Shown here: positions 48,546 through 57,876 of the stretch, piece by piece
Position numbering within the stretch: position 1 is the first letter of the stretch
How the letters are laid out: every line of letters begins with the position of its first letter
NCBI GenBank assembly: GCA_041577295.1
Contig: JBFGJG010000002.1
Location: 96,001 to 160,000, forward strand
Direction of reading: 5' to 3'
Length of the DNA: 64,000 bases
Origin: Gemmatimonadales bacterium
GTDB lineage: Bacteria > Gemmatimonadota > Gemmatimonadetes > Gemmatimonadales > GWC2-71-9
The notes under the pieces: model-generated
Database searches by the model: none
Seen by the model: only the letters and a program-made list of their open reading frames with translations
Told to the model about the DNA's origin: nothing
Made by a program: the position numbers and the translations under genes

Positions 48546-49541
48546 TCAGAGACTGGTGACGCGGTACACGCCGTACAGCCCCGCGAGGTACGCGAGAATC
48601 ATAAAGACGGGTCCCGGTTCGACGATCCAAAGACGACGCTCCGACTTGTTCATCACGTCGAGCATAGCAAGCGTCATGAGCACCACGCCCACCAATCCGC
48701 CAACGGCCAGACCGGGATCGATCGTTGCCAACATCGATCCCGGACCCTGCACGAGATCGAGTGGTACCAACGCCGCCATGTTGAAGCAGTTGCTCCCTAA
48801 GAGATTCCCCACCGCCAAGTTGTAGGCTCCGGCGCGAACGCTGCCGTACGAGACCGCCGCCTCCGGTAGCGAGGTCGTGAGAGCCAGCAGGAGCATCCCC
48901 GCGATTCCCTGAGACATGTTCAGTTGGTCCGCGAGGGCGGCGGCAGATGCAGCCAGTGAGGGTGCGGCGACGAGCACGACGATCGTCGCAAAGCCAAACC
49001 CGATGAAGGCTTGTTGAATCGATCTCATGGGTCGACGGGCCGCCGCAACTTCGGCGGGCGTTCTGAACGGTGGCTCTGTACGATTCCTGTGGATGAGACG
49101 CATGCCGGTGACATACCCGAATCCGATCACCAGCGTGGACCACCCGAGGGGGAATGCGCCGAGACGGCGACCCGCGAGCACCCCGAGGACTGCAACCACC
49201 GTGAGAAGCACCGCGAGTATTCCCACAAGGACTTGATTCACCGCCACGCGCAGAAGCAACCGCGGCTGTCGGGTAAGTAGATCCGCGATGGCGAGGATCA
49301 GCATGTTCGCCATACTGGATCCAAACAGATCGCCGACAGCTAGCGCGGTGTTACCCTGAAGAACGGCATTGAAATCGGTGGCGAGTTCGGGGAGTGACGT
49401 CGCCGCCGCGATGAGAATGGCTCCGACCCATACTCCGCCCAGCCCAGTGTGTTTCGCGATGGCGTCTCCATCCCTGGCCAAGCGAACACCCGCGAGCGCG
49501 ACGGCTGCCGCACTGACGACAAACGTTAGCCACGCTGGCAT
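48546..49541 (-). CDS. CaCA family Na+(K+)/Ca2+ antiporter
   Basis: Two alpha repeats: TSLPE...GSSMAN and TSLPE...GSNCFN. Confidence 0.9.
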   Translation of the reverse strand: MPAWLTFVVSAAAVALAGVRLARDGDAIAKHTGLGGVWVGAILIAAATSLPELATDFNAVLQGNTALAVGDLFGSSMANMLILAIADLLTRQPRLLLRVAVNQVLVGILAVLLTVVAVLGVLAGRRLGAFPLGWSTLVIGFGYVTGMRLIHRNRTEPPFRTPAEVAAARRPMRSIQQAFIGFGFATIVVLVAAPSLAASAAALADQLNMSQGIAGMLLLALTTSLPEAAVSYGSVRAGAYNLAVGNLLGSNCFNMAALVPLDLVQGPGSMLATIDPGLAVGGLVGVVLMTLAMLDVMNKSERRLWIVEPGPVFMILAYLAGLYGVYRVTSL

Positions 49542-49604
49542 GCGCCGCTGCCTGGGCGAGGCCGCTCGGAGGGGTTGTAACCAATACTGTGGATCAAGCG
49601 GTGC

Positions 49605-50141
49605 TCATTTCAGCGGGATCACCGTCGATGCCTGTGGTCCTTTCTCTCCCTCTTCGGGCACGTAACGAACAGCCGCTCCCACCGCGAGCCTCCCGAACCC
49701 TCCGTCGAGGACACTCCGAGCGTCGAAGTAAACGGAATCGCCCTCCGGCGTCTCGAGAAATCCGTACTCACCCAATGGGTAGAGCTCGCGGACTCGCGCG
49801 ACGGGCTGTGGTGATTCGTGCTCCTTCACCTCTCGCCGTCGTCGTGCGGCATGCTTTCGCAGCTGGCGTTCTGCGGCATTGAAGGCTTGTTGAATGGCGG
49901 AGAGCAGCGTTTCACCACGCTTCCGGCCAACGAACAACTCACCTCCCGGGACGGTCATATCGATCCGAACGGAATACGCAAGCCCACTTCTTCGATGGCG
50001 GTGTGGAAGTTCAACCGCAACACGGCAGCTCACGAGCCGATCGTACAACTCCACGAGCTTCGCAACCCGATCACGGATGGCGGCCTCGTCCGAGTCGGCG
50101 AGTTGAACATTCCGTGCGGCGATTTCCAGTGGGACGTTCAT
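49605..50141 (-). CDS. HPF/RaiA ribosome-hibernation domain fused to a cold-shock domain
   Basis: N-terminal S30AE-like region (AIQQAF...ERQL) plus CSD YGFLET...VYF...GEKGPQA. Confidence 0.85.
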   Translation of the reverse strand: MNVPLEIAARNVQLADSDEAAIRDRVAKLVELYDRLVSCRVAVELPHRHRRSGLAYSVRIDMTVPGGELFVGRKRGETLLSAIQQAFNAAERQLRKHAARRRREVKEHESPQPVARVRELYPLGEYGFLETPEGDSVYFDARSVLDGGFGRLAVGAAVRYVPEEGEKGPQASTVIPLK

Positions 50142-50218
50142 TCGCGTCACCTTTCGTTCGCGGGTAGTGGCATCATCGAGAATCACAGACTGGAGTAGAG
50201 GATGCGAGACGCCAGCGC

Positions 50219-50884
50219 CTAACGGCTACTTATCGTCTGCTTCGTTTGGCCGCGTTGCAGGAGACGGCACACTTCTTCGTCCGTCGTCTGCGTGAAGTCG
50301 TCGTAAAAGGTTCCCACGGCCGGGAAGGCTTCTGGGGTCGCCAGGCATACGAAGGCATCCGCTGTGCGCTCGAGGTTCTCGCGCGCTTGCATGGCCGCCA
50401 CCGGCGTAGCCACCACCACCTCGCGTGCCCCCCTTTGCCGCACCGCTTTCACCGCCGCGAGCATCGTGCTTCCGGTGGCGATGCCATCATCGATCAGAAT
50501 GACCCGCCGTCCGAGCACCTCGACTGGCGGTCGATCACCGCGGAACAGCGCGGCGCGACGCGTCACTTCCATGCGCTCTCTACGAATCGCGTCGTCGATG
50601 TATAGCCGAGATACGCGCAGCAGGTCGATCACTTCACGGTTGAGAATCACGACATCGCTCGTGACCGCACCGACAGCCAGCTCCGGTTGCTGCGGCGCGC
50701 CGAGCTTCCGTACGACGAGGACGTCGAGGGGGGTGTCGAGAGCGTGAGCAACTTCATACGCCACCGGCACTCCGCCGCGCGCGAGACCGAGCACGACCGT
50801 GTCGGAGCCCTGGTACTGCATGAGTGCCCGAGACAGGTGACGCCCCGCCTCGCATCGGTCCGCAAACGTTACACTCGTTCGCAT
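50219..50884 (-). CDS. Phosphoribosyltransferase (Rv0571c/Rv2030c N-domain-like)
   Basis: FADR-x-EAG, RGGVPVA, IDDGIATG and AVG-x-FY-x-DF-x-Q motifs. Confidence 0.9.
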   Translation of the reverse strand: MRTSVTFADRCEAGRHLSRALMQYQGSDTVVLGLARGGVPVAYEVAHALDTPLDVLVVRKLGAPQQPELAVGAVTSDVVILNREVIDLLRVSRLYIDDAIRRERMEVTRRAALFRGDRPPVEVLGRRVILIDDGIATGSTMLAAVKAVRQRGAREVVVATPVAAMQARENLERTADAFVCLATPEAFPAVGTFYDDFTQTTDEEVCRLLQRGQTKQTISSR

Positions 50885-50918
50885 GGCACACCTCCCAGGC
50901 TCCTGCTGGTGCCATCAA

Positions 50919-50951
50919 ATAATGAGTAAGGGCTCGTGAAGGCGCCGTGAA
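50919..50951 (-). promoter_or_regulatory. TTCAC-N6-TTCAC direct repeat and -10 upstream of the PRTase operon
   Basis: Minus-strand TTCAC starting at 50951 and 50940, then CATTAT 16 nt later. Confidence 0.55.
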
Positions 50952-51092
50952 GGGGCTCGCAACACCCACTCAAACCGCTTACTGAACCTTTTTTCACACA
51001 CCTTTTGCCTTGTTCACCAGGTTGCCCAGCTACACATAATTTGGGCCGCGCCCTGAGCGCGCGCACCCTGCTTCTTCCAGAGAGAGCTGTCG

Positions 51093-51995
51093 ATGCACAA
51101 GGCAATCATGGTACCACTCGATGGGTCGAGGTTCGGTGAGGAGGCGCTTCCGATCGCGGTGCGCCTGGCCAAGGACCTGGACCGGTCTATTGAGCTCGTT
51201 TCGGTGTTCGAGGACGAACCGCCGGTTGCTACCTGGGTGCTGACCGCTGCCGAGATGCGGTCGCTCCTCGATGAGTACTTAGAGACACTAGGCAACCAGA
51301 TCAGGGAATCCGCCTGCGTTGAGGTGACTCGATCGGTGCTCAGTGGTCCGGTGACAATGAGTCTCGAGGCGCATGCCAAAGAAAAGGATCCGGAACTGAT
51401 CGTCATGTCTACGCACGGACGGGGTGCGGTCAGTCGTGCATGGCTCGGCAGCGTGGCGGATCACGTCACCCGACACGTGTCGATGCCGGTGTTACTGGTC
51501 CGCCCCGACGAGGATCCGGGTGAAGTCCAGTTCGAGGGTAGTCCGCCCTTCGAGCACGTGCTCGTGCCGCTGGATGGGTCGGACCGAGCAGAAGCAAGCC
51601 TTGCATGGTCAACGCGAATCGCACTGGCCCACAAGAGCAAGCTCACCGTGCTCAGCGTTGTGCCGCCCCCACCGGTGCTCACGTCGCCGTACTTGCCCGA
51701 TGTGATAGCCGAATCCAAGGAAGGATTGGAGAGGGGGCAACGTGAAGCTGAGCAGTACTTGAATGACATCGCCGTCCGACTCGAAAAGGAGGGAGTCTCG
51801 ATCGGCACGGTGGTACGTGTCGGTATCGCACCGGCGTCTGGGATCAATCGATACGCCCTAGATCACGGGGTGGACCTCATCGTGATCAGCACCCACGGGC
51901 GGGGAGGGCTTCCCCGCTTGTTGCTCGGCAGCGTAGCGGACAAGGTGGTGCGCGGAGCTACTGCACCGGTTCTGGTCACTCGACCGAGGGGCTAA
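51093..51995 (+). CDS. Universal stress protein (tandem USP)
   Basis: VPLDGS and STHGRG...LGSVAD, each present twice. Confidence 0.94.
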   Translation: MHKAIMVPLDGSRFGEEALPIAVRLAKDLDRSIELVSVFEDEPPVATWVLTAAEMRSLLDEYLETLGNQIRESACVEVTRSVLSGPVTMSLEAHAKEKDPELIVMSTHGRGAVSRAWLGSVADHVTRHVSMPVLLVRPDEDPGEVQFEGSPPFEHVLVPLDGSDRAEASLAWSTRIALAHKSKLTVLSVVPPPPVLTSPYLPDVIAESKEGLERGQREAEQYLNDIAVRLEKEGVSIGTVVRVGIAPASGINRYALDHGVDLIVISTHGRGGLPRLLLGSVADKVVRGATAPVLVTRPRG

Positions 51996-52123
51996 CTCCA
52001 TTGAGCCAAGAGGGCTCGCACGACATTGGTGTCGATGTCGTCTGCGCAGACCCATGCGTTGCGTTGTGAGCAACGGGTCTTCACCTTCCAAGCGTTAGTC
52101 TTTCCGACTCCTGGAGCGCAGTC

Positions 52124-52519
52124 ATGCGGATGCTGATCGGCCTGGTGGTCTTCGTTGTTGCGTGCGGCAGTGGGCGAGTGTATGGGAGAGTCGACCTCGG
52201 GGATGTGATCGTCGAAGGGGAGGTTGACGGTAATTTCTTCGCACGTCAGCTGGACCAACTCGATCCCTGGTTTGAGGCCTGTTACGCGCGAGCACTCCGT
52301 CTGGATCGGTCGACGGAGGGCATCATCCGGTTGAGGTTGCGGGTGCGGGAAGGTGGTTTGACACCTGAGATCATCGAGGATGGGCCAGCGAGCCCGCAAC
52401 TCACGGACTGTGTCATGAGCGCTGTGTCGAACCTGACCTTGGTCGAGCCAGACACAGCTGCGCCATGGGACTTTACGGCTCAGTGGCCCATCACTTTCAG
52501 TGTCATACGACGGGAATGA
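52124..52519 (+). CDS. Putative lipoprotein with AgmX/TonB-C-like domain
   Basis: VAC lipobox and CY-x-RAL...G...C...PITF pattern. Confidence 0.55.
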   Translation: MRMLIGLVVFVVACGSGRVYGRVDLGDVIVEGEVDGNFFARQLDQLDPWFEACYARALRLDRSTEGIIRLRLRVREGGLTPEIIEDGPASPQLTDCVMSAVSNLTLVEPDTAAPWDFTAQWPITFSVIRRE

Positions 52520-52573
52520 GAGAAGGCGCTCACTCAATCTCTCGAACCCCTTCCACCAGCCCTCCTCAGATCA

Positions 52574-52600
52574 TTCACCAAAGGTTCACCGTCGATTCAT
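52574..52600 (+). promoter_or_regulatory. Triple TTCAY direct repeat upstream of the hemerythrin gene
   Basis: TTCAC/TTCAC/TTCAT at 52574/52585/52596. Confidence 0.6.
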
Positions 52601-52652
52601 CGCGAGGTCGTGAAACTTCATAATACCAAAGAGACTGAGCCGTGCATGACCA

Positions 52653-53147
52653 ATGGCCAAGCAAGACTTGAAGCAGCTTTTTCTCGAGGACCATCGCCGT
52701 CTCGCCCGTGGTCTCACACGTCTCATCAAACATCTCGAGCGTAATGAGTTGCGTGAGGCTGTGGATGCCGCCCACGCATTGGATGTTGTTGCGGGTCCGC
52801 ACATGGCGTTCGAGGAGGACGTTTTCTACCCGGCGCTGAAGCACGACTACGGGCGTGAGTTCGTCGACCGGCTCGAGGACGAGCATCAGATGGGACGGGA
52901 CGCAGTGAAGGAGCTCATCGCCGTAAACGACTCCGCGCACATCGCCCCAGCCGACCGGCAACGGTTGTTGCACCAATTGGAGAGCGCACTGGACCACGTG
53001 CTCTCCTGCGGCACCTTGGTCTCCCACCTCGAGCGACTCCCGGACGCGCGTCAAAAAGAAATGCTCGGCCGGCTCGAGGCGTTGCGCGAGAGTGGCATGC
53101 GGTGGACGGATCGCGCCACCCGCAAAACCCGGGTCGAGCGAAATTAG
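52653..53147 (+). CDS. Hemerythrin-like (HHE) domain protein
   Basis: DH, H-x-x-FEE-x-x-FYP, EH and H motifs. Confidence 0.8.
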   Translation: MAKQDLKQLFLEDHRRLARGLTRLIKHLERNELREAVDAAHALDVVAGPHMAFEEDVFYPALKHDYGREFVDRLEDEHQMGRDAVKELIAVNDSAHIAPADRQRLLHQLESALDHVLSCGTLVSHLERLPDARQKEMLGRLEALRESGMRWTDRATRKTRVERN

Positions 53148-53151
53148 TTGC

Positions 53152-54009
53152 GTGTGCCGTCTATACGGATTCCGCGCCAACGAGCCAACCAAGGTCGAGT
53201 GCACCCTCGTCCACGCTCAGAATGCCTTGATGAGCCAGAGCCGCGCGGATCTTCGGGGCGTGGCCCACTCAGATGGATGGGGCATCGCTTGTTATCAGAA
53301 TCACCTGCCAGACCTCGAACGACGTAGCCTGGCGGCCTTCCAAGATCTCCACTTCAGCGTGACTGCCGAGCGAATCTTTGCCGAAACGGTCGTCGGCCAT
53401 GTACGCCTGGCCACGGTGGGGGACCCTTCGATCCAAAACACCCATCCGTTCACCTACGGGCAATGGACCTTCGCGCACAATGGGACTGTGCAGCCCTTCG
53501 CTGATCTCGAACCCTGGCTCGCTGCGAACTCGGACCCAGACCTTTGGCGCCGGCGTCAGGGCACCACCGACAGTGAGGCGGTCTTTTACTGGTTGTTGAG
53601 TGTGATGCGGGAGTCCGGTCTAATACTCGACGAACCAACCAGTGAGGTCGAGACCGTTGCCCACATCATTCACCGGGCAGTGCGTCTGCTCGAGACACGC
53701 AGTGTTCGCGCTCGCGCCCCCAAACCGGCGAAGTTGAACTTCCTGCTCACCAATGGCCGCATCCTCGTCGCCTCACGGTGGCGCAATGGTCTGCACTACG
53801 TCCAACGATACGGGGTTCACGACTGCGAAATCTGCGGCATCCCCCACATTCACCACGCGAGTGGCACCGCCTACAAGGCGGTGGTTGTCGCGTCCGAGCC
53901 CATTTCCCACGAACCCTGGCGCGAAGTACCGGAAGGAAGTGTGCTCACCGTCGATCCAGACTTGCGAGTCGAGCTGTTCGACACCGCGCCTATCGAAGTG
54001 CCGCCGTGA
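53152..54009 (+). CDS. Class II glutamine amidotransferase (EgtC/YafJ-like Ntn hydrolase)
   Basis: A GTG start at 53152 gives the N-terminal (M)CRL. DGWG, HVRLAT, NTHPF, FAHNG, TDSE and ASEP motifs. Confidence 0.9.
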   Translation: MCRLYGFRANEPTKVECTLVHAQNALMSQSRADLRGVAHSDGWGIACYQNHLPDLERRSLAAFQDLHFSVTAERIFAETVVGHVRLATVGDPSIQNTHPFTYGQWTFAHNGTVQPFADLEPWLAANSDPDLWRRRQGTTDSEAVFYWLLSVMRESGLILDEPTSEVETVAHIIHRAVRLLETRSVRARAPKPAKLNFLLTNGRILVASRWRNGLHYVQRYGVHDCEICGIPHIHHASGTAYKAVVVASEPISHEPWREVPEGSVLTVDPDLRVELFDTAPIEVPP

Positions 54010-55504
54010 TGGACTGCGGCACCGGTCTGATGAGCCGCATGATTTGCTGCGGAATATCCTGAAAAGCTCGTTTCCGCGCGACTTCCCAGCTTTCCCCCAT
54101 CACCAAAAGATCGATGCCGGGCCGCGCTTGCAGAGCCCCCGGGTTGTAGAATATCAGATCACCACGACCGGTTCGCACGTCGAAGACACGATCGTCAAAG
54201 CCAGCAAGCAAGTTCGCGAACGTGAAGCGTTCCATACCCCGCTGCTCTACGACGCGCGTGGCATAGGGACGCGATGCGAAATCCCCGAATAACCGATTCA
54301 TCAGGGTCATGGGTGCCGACGTAGCGCCCCAGCGTCCATTGCATTCGACGAATCGGATGCGGCACGATCCCATATCCCGCCCGACGAGAATGAGGTCGAA
54401 GGAACAGCGGCCAACATAACCGAGCCGTTGCAACAGCCGTCCAACCAGCACACAACGCAGCGCAATCTCTGTAGCGGTGACATCCGGAAGGTTGGCGGGT
54501 GCGGCACCAACGAAGTACCCCCCCTTCCCCTGGATCACCTGCTCGAAGAGACCCTCAACCACTGGTGGCTGAGCGGTCGCAAACGGTGGAATCCACAGTT
54601 GCGCTGACGGCGCGCGCAGGACTTCGGACTCCCAGGCCCCAACGAGCAACGGATGCTCACCATGCCAGGCGAAGTCTCGAAGTCTCTTCTTCAGCCGAGC
54701 ACGCACGGCTCCCAGCCTGCGACCACGGTATGTCTTGGCGCGTAACACCAGATTTCCCGTACCGCCAGCGGCTTCAGGGATCTTGATGACGATGCGAGGC
54801 GAGCGGTTGGCGAACATCTTGACGAGCCGCGCCAACCCCGACCATCCCGAGGCACTCGCGGTCGGAGGGATCAACTGATCGTCGAAGAGCCGGGTGATGA
54901 CCCTGGCAAACCACAGCTTGTTGTTGACAGCGCGTGCCAGGACGGGGGGTGGGCCGATCACTCCGATCGATCCCCCGGTGGTGGCGCGCAACAAATGTGC
55001 AAGAGCCCACACGTGAAACCCGGCGAGGTGGGGGTGCAGGTAGCGGAGCCGTCCGGTTCGCACGGCCCTTTGTAACGCGGCCCGTACGCGGTGGTCACGC
55101 CAGCAAGCCCTTGCGAGGCGGAGTGGACGGTCAGACGGCTGGGGACGTAGCCAAGTTACGGCTCCAAGACCCAGCTCTTCTTCACAGTACCGCTCGAACG
55201 CAGGATCGGCTGTCGCACAGCTCGCTACGACGTCCTGCTCACCCGCACGCAAGCGCGCCCGATCCTGCAAGAACCGCGCGTCGTAGAATCGATCGAGCAG
55301 GGGTATCTCATCGAGGTCGTCCAAATGCAAGACACCGCCATCTCCAATCCGCGACACACTCAACTGACGGATCCATGGTTGTGGCACCAGGGATGGCTGC
55401 TCGTGCTCGAGTGCCGCTGCGAGTTGCGCAACCCGCCGGAATTGCGCCGCGCTCGGCTCTACCTCGTGATGAGAAACAATCGGAAGACGTCCGGCCTGGA
55501 CCAT
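53990..55504 (-). CDS. PGM1-like ATP-grasp amide/peptide ligase
   Basis: NNKLWF, IKIP-x-x-AGG-x-GN, PSAQL and GYVGRCSFD...ECNGRWG motifs. Confidence 0.7.
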   Translation of the reverse strand: MVQAGRLPIVSHHEVEPSAAQFRRVAQLAAALEHEQPSLVPQPWIRQLSVSRIGDGGVLHLDDLDEIPLLDRFYDARFLQDRARLRAGEQDVVASCATADPAFERYCEEELGLGAVTWLRPQPSDRPLRLARACWRDHRVRAALQRAVRTGRLRYLHPHLAGFHVWALAHLLRATTGGSIGVIGPPPVLARAVNNKLWFARVITRLFDDQLIPPTASASGWSGLARLVKMFANRSPRIVIKIPEAAGGTGNLVLRAKTYRGRRLGAVRARLKKRLRDFAWHGEHPLLVGAWESEVLRAPSAQLWIPPFATAQPPVVEGLFEQVIQGKGGYFVGAAPANLPDVTATEIALRCVLVGRLLQRLGYVGRCSFDLILVGRDMGSCRIRFVECNGRWGATSAPMTLMNRLFGDFASRPYATRVVEQRGMERFTFANLLAGFDDRVFDVRTGRGDLIFYNPGALQARPGIDLLVMGESWEVARKRAFQDIPQQIMRLIRPVPQSITAALR

Positions 55505-55561
55505 TCGAGATCCCTCACTTCACGAAGGACTCGATGGAATCTGGAGGGTGTGAAACAAGCG

Positions 55562-55747
55562 TTAAGACCTCTTTCGAGTCCTTTGTCCCTCCCCTTTTTC
55601 ACTTTCCGGCGTCGCGCCCGCGACCGCCTTGCGCTCCGCGCCCGGCAATTTGGGCGTGGGGCCGCGGTCCGTTGCACGCGTGTCGCCGCGCCGCCTGACG
55701 GCAAGGAGGTAGGGGCCACGCAACAGCTCCAACAGACGTTTGTTCAT
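55562..55747 (-). CDS. Small hypothetical peptide (61 aa)
   Basis: ATG with GGAGG 6 nt upstream. Co-oriented and immediately upstream of the ATP-grasp gene. Confidence 0.35.
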   Translation of the reverse strand: MNKRLLELLRGPYLLAVRRRGDTRATDRGPTPKLPGAERKAVAGATPESEKGEGQRTRKRS

Positions 55748-56162
55748 CGCATCCCTCCAGGTCGAACTGATTGATTCAGGATGCATCAAATCCGCAACAG
55801 ATGCCTCACAACCACCAAGCACGGCTGTCCCAGAAGTGGGGTGGGTCTGGTACAGACTTGTTACGGATTACCAGTGTTACCACGCCCAGGCTTTGGTTAT
55901 GATGAAATCTGTTCGAAGGATGGTTATGGCCAAAAACGCCGCTCATGAGGCTACCGATATATGCTCCCGCGGGGGACGCTCGTGATAACAGATTATGGTT
56001 TGGTGGGACACGTTAAACGCTGTCTCGGCTTCGAGGTGATCGAAATCGCAGTGGGTTGCCCCGGGGGGCGACTGGCGTTGATCGCCTCACGTGACCTGCG
56101 GTTCGTTCGGGGCATCGGAACCAGAGATTCGCACGTCGTCGACCCCTGAGACGTGAGATGGC

Positions 56163-57803
56163 CTACCGGGATCGCAACGCGCGTCCCGGACGCGCGCCAG
56201 TGACCTCGCTCTCGAGAAGGACCGCCTGTCCGTTCACAAACACGTGGCGGACGCCTAGGGCGTACTTGTGGGGTTGGGCGAAGGTCGCCGGGTCGGCGAC
56301 CGCCTGAGCGTCAAGCACCGATACATCAGCATAAGCCCCCACCCGAAGAATGCCGCGGTCCTCGAGGCCGATCCGGCTCGCCGGCAAGCTGGTCATCTTT
56401 CGGATGGCTTCTGCGAGTGGCAGCACGGATTCGTCTCTCACGTAATGCCCGAGGACCCTGGCAAACGCGCCGTAGTTCCTTGGGTGAGGAAAGCCCAAAC
56501 CGAACTCCGGAATTCCCCCGTCTGATGCGATCATCGTCATCGGGTGTTGCATGATGCGCACAACGTCTTCGTCGGACATCGCAAAGAAGATTCCTTGAAA
56601 TCCGCCACGCTCCTGTAACTCGACGGCGAGTACGGCAGCTTGCTCCAGAGAAGCGGGGCGCTGTTGCTCTCGCAGGATCTGAGCGAGGCTCTTTCCATTG
56701 AGCGTCGAATCCCATTCACAATACGCCACGACTACGTTTGCAGGATCGCCTGCACCACGGTCGTGCTCGAGATTGAATACGATCGCTTCAAGGATTCGGC
56801 GTCTCGTTTCCGCGTTACGTAGCCGGTGGTGGAGATCCTGCGGCGTTCCCTCCAATGCCCAGGCAGGAAACAGCACGCTGAGACCAGTGCTGGACGCGGC
56901 GTACGGATACTGATCGATTGAGACGTCCACACCTCGCACCCGGGCCCGATCGACGGCCGCGAGTGTCTTCCGACTTGCTCCCCACATGTCCTTGCCAACG
57001 ACCTTGTGATGCGTGATCTGCGTGGGGACCCCAGCCTCCTCACCGATTCGGATGGTCTCCTCAACGCTCGCCATGATTTCGAGTCCTTCATCACGCATGT
57101 GGCTGATGTGGATCCCCCCATAACGAGAGACCACCTTAGCCAGTTCGACGACCTCTTCCGTTTTGGCAAAAGCTCCCGGCACGTACTTGAGTCCAGTGGA
57201 GAGGCCAAAGGCTCCCTGTTGCATGGCCGAATCCACCAAACTCCTCATGCGATCGAGCTCGAGAGCAGTCGGTGCCCTCGCCGCGGTGCCGAGCACGAGC
57301 CGTCGGACCGTCCCGTGACCGACGAACGTGCCAAAGTTGATTGACGAAGGGATCAGGTCGAATCGAGCAAGCAGTTCACCAATAGGATACGCTGAGCCAC
57401 CATCCGGCCCGCCGATGGCGGTCGTCACGCCCTGCTGGATGTAGTTCTCGGCCAGTGGCCACCGGAAAAGCCCACTACGATCTGCATTGTCTCGCACGGC
57501 ATGGCTGTGGATGTCGACAAACCCGGGTGCAACGACGAGGCCGGTCACATTCAACCGAACGGCTGCCCGACGTCCGACGAGATCACCGATCGCAGCAATG
57601 CGGTCACCCAGGATTCCGACATCGGCTACAAAGGGCTCGACACCCGAGCCGTCGTATACCGATCCACCAACGAGAATGACACTGAAGACTGTGTCGGCAC
57701 CTGTCGGCGTCTGCCCCGACGCGACCGTGGCGTGCACTTGGAAAAGGCCCACACCGAGCAACATCGCGCGCGCGGCTAACCGAAGAGGCATGCTATGCGT
57801 CAT
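56163..57803 (-). CDS. N-acyl-D-amino-acid deacylase (amidohydrolase), exported
   Basis: Signal peptide, PGFVDIHSH, HMRDE, DQYPY and HPRNYG motifs. Confidence 0.9.
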   Translation of the reverse strand: MTHSMPLRLAARAMLLGVGLFQVHATVASGQTPTGADTVFSVILVGGSVYDGSGVEPFVADVGILGDRIAAIGDLVGRRAAVRLNVTGLVVAPGFVDIHSHAVRDNADRSGLFRWPLAENYIQQGVTTAIGGPDGGSAYPIGELLARFDLIPSSINFGTFVGHGTVRRLVLGTAARAPTALELDRMRSLVDSAMQQGAFGLSTGLKYVPGAFAKTEEVVELAKVVSRYGGIHISHMRDEGLEIMASVEETIRIGEEAGVPTQITHHKVVGKDMWGASRKTLAAVDRARVRGVDVSIDQYPYAASSTGLSVLFPAWALEGTPQDLHHRLRNAETRRRILEAIVFNLEHDRGAGDPANVVVAYCEWDSTLNGKSLAQILREQQRPASLEQAAVLAVELQERGGFQGIFFAMSDEDVVRIMQHPMTMIASDGGIPEFGLGFPHPRNYGAFARVLGHYVRDESVLPLAEAIRKMTSLPASRIGLEDRGILRVGAYADVSVLDAQAVADPATFAQPHKYALGVRHVFVNGQAVLLESEVTGARPGRALRSR

Positions 57804-57876
57804 TGTGAGCTCAACCAGTGATTTGAGGTGTGTGTCGTCACCTACCGGTCAACTTCCCCGGTGGGACTGAAGGTAG

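Noticed and set aside
55771..55789. FNR box (TTGAT...ATCAA)
   Set aside because: The spacer is 9 nt rather than 4. No canonical FNR box was noticed upstream of cba or nos either.
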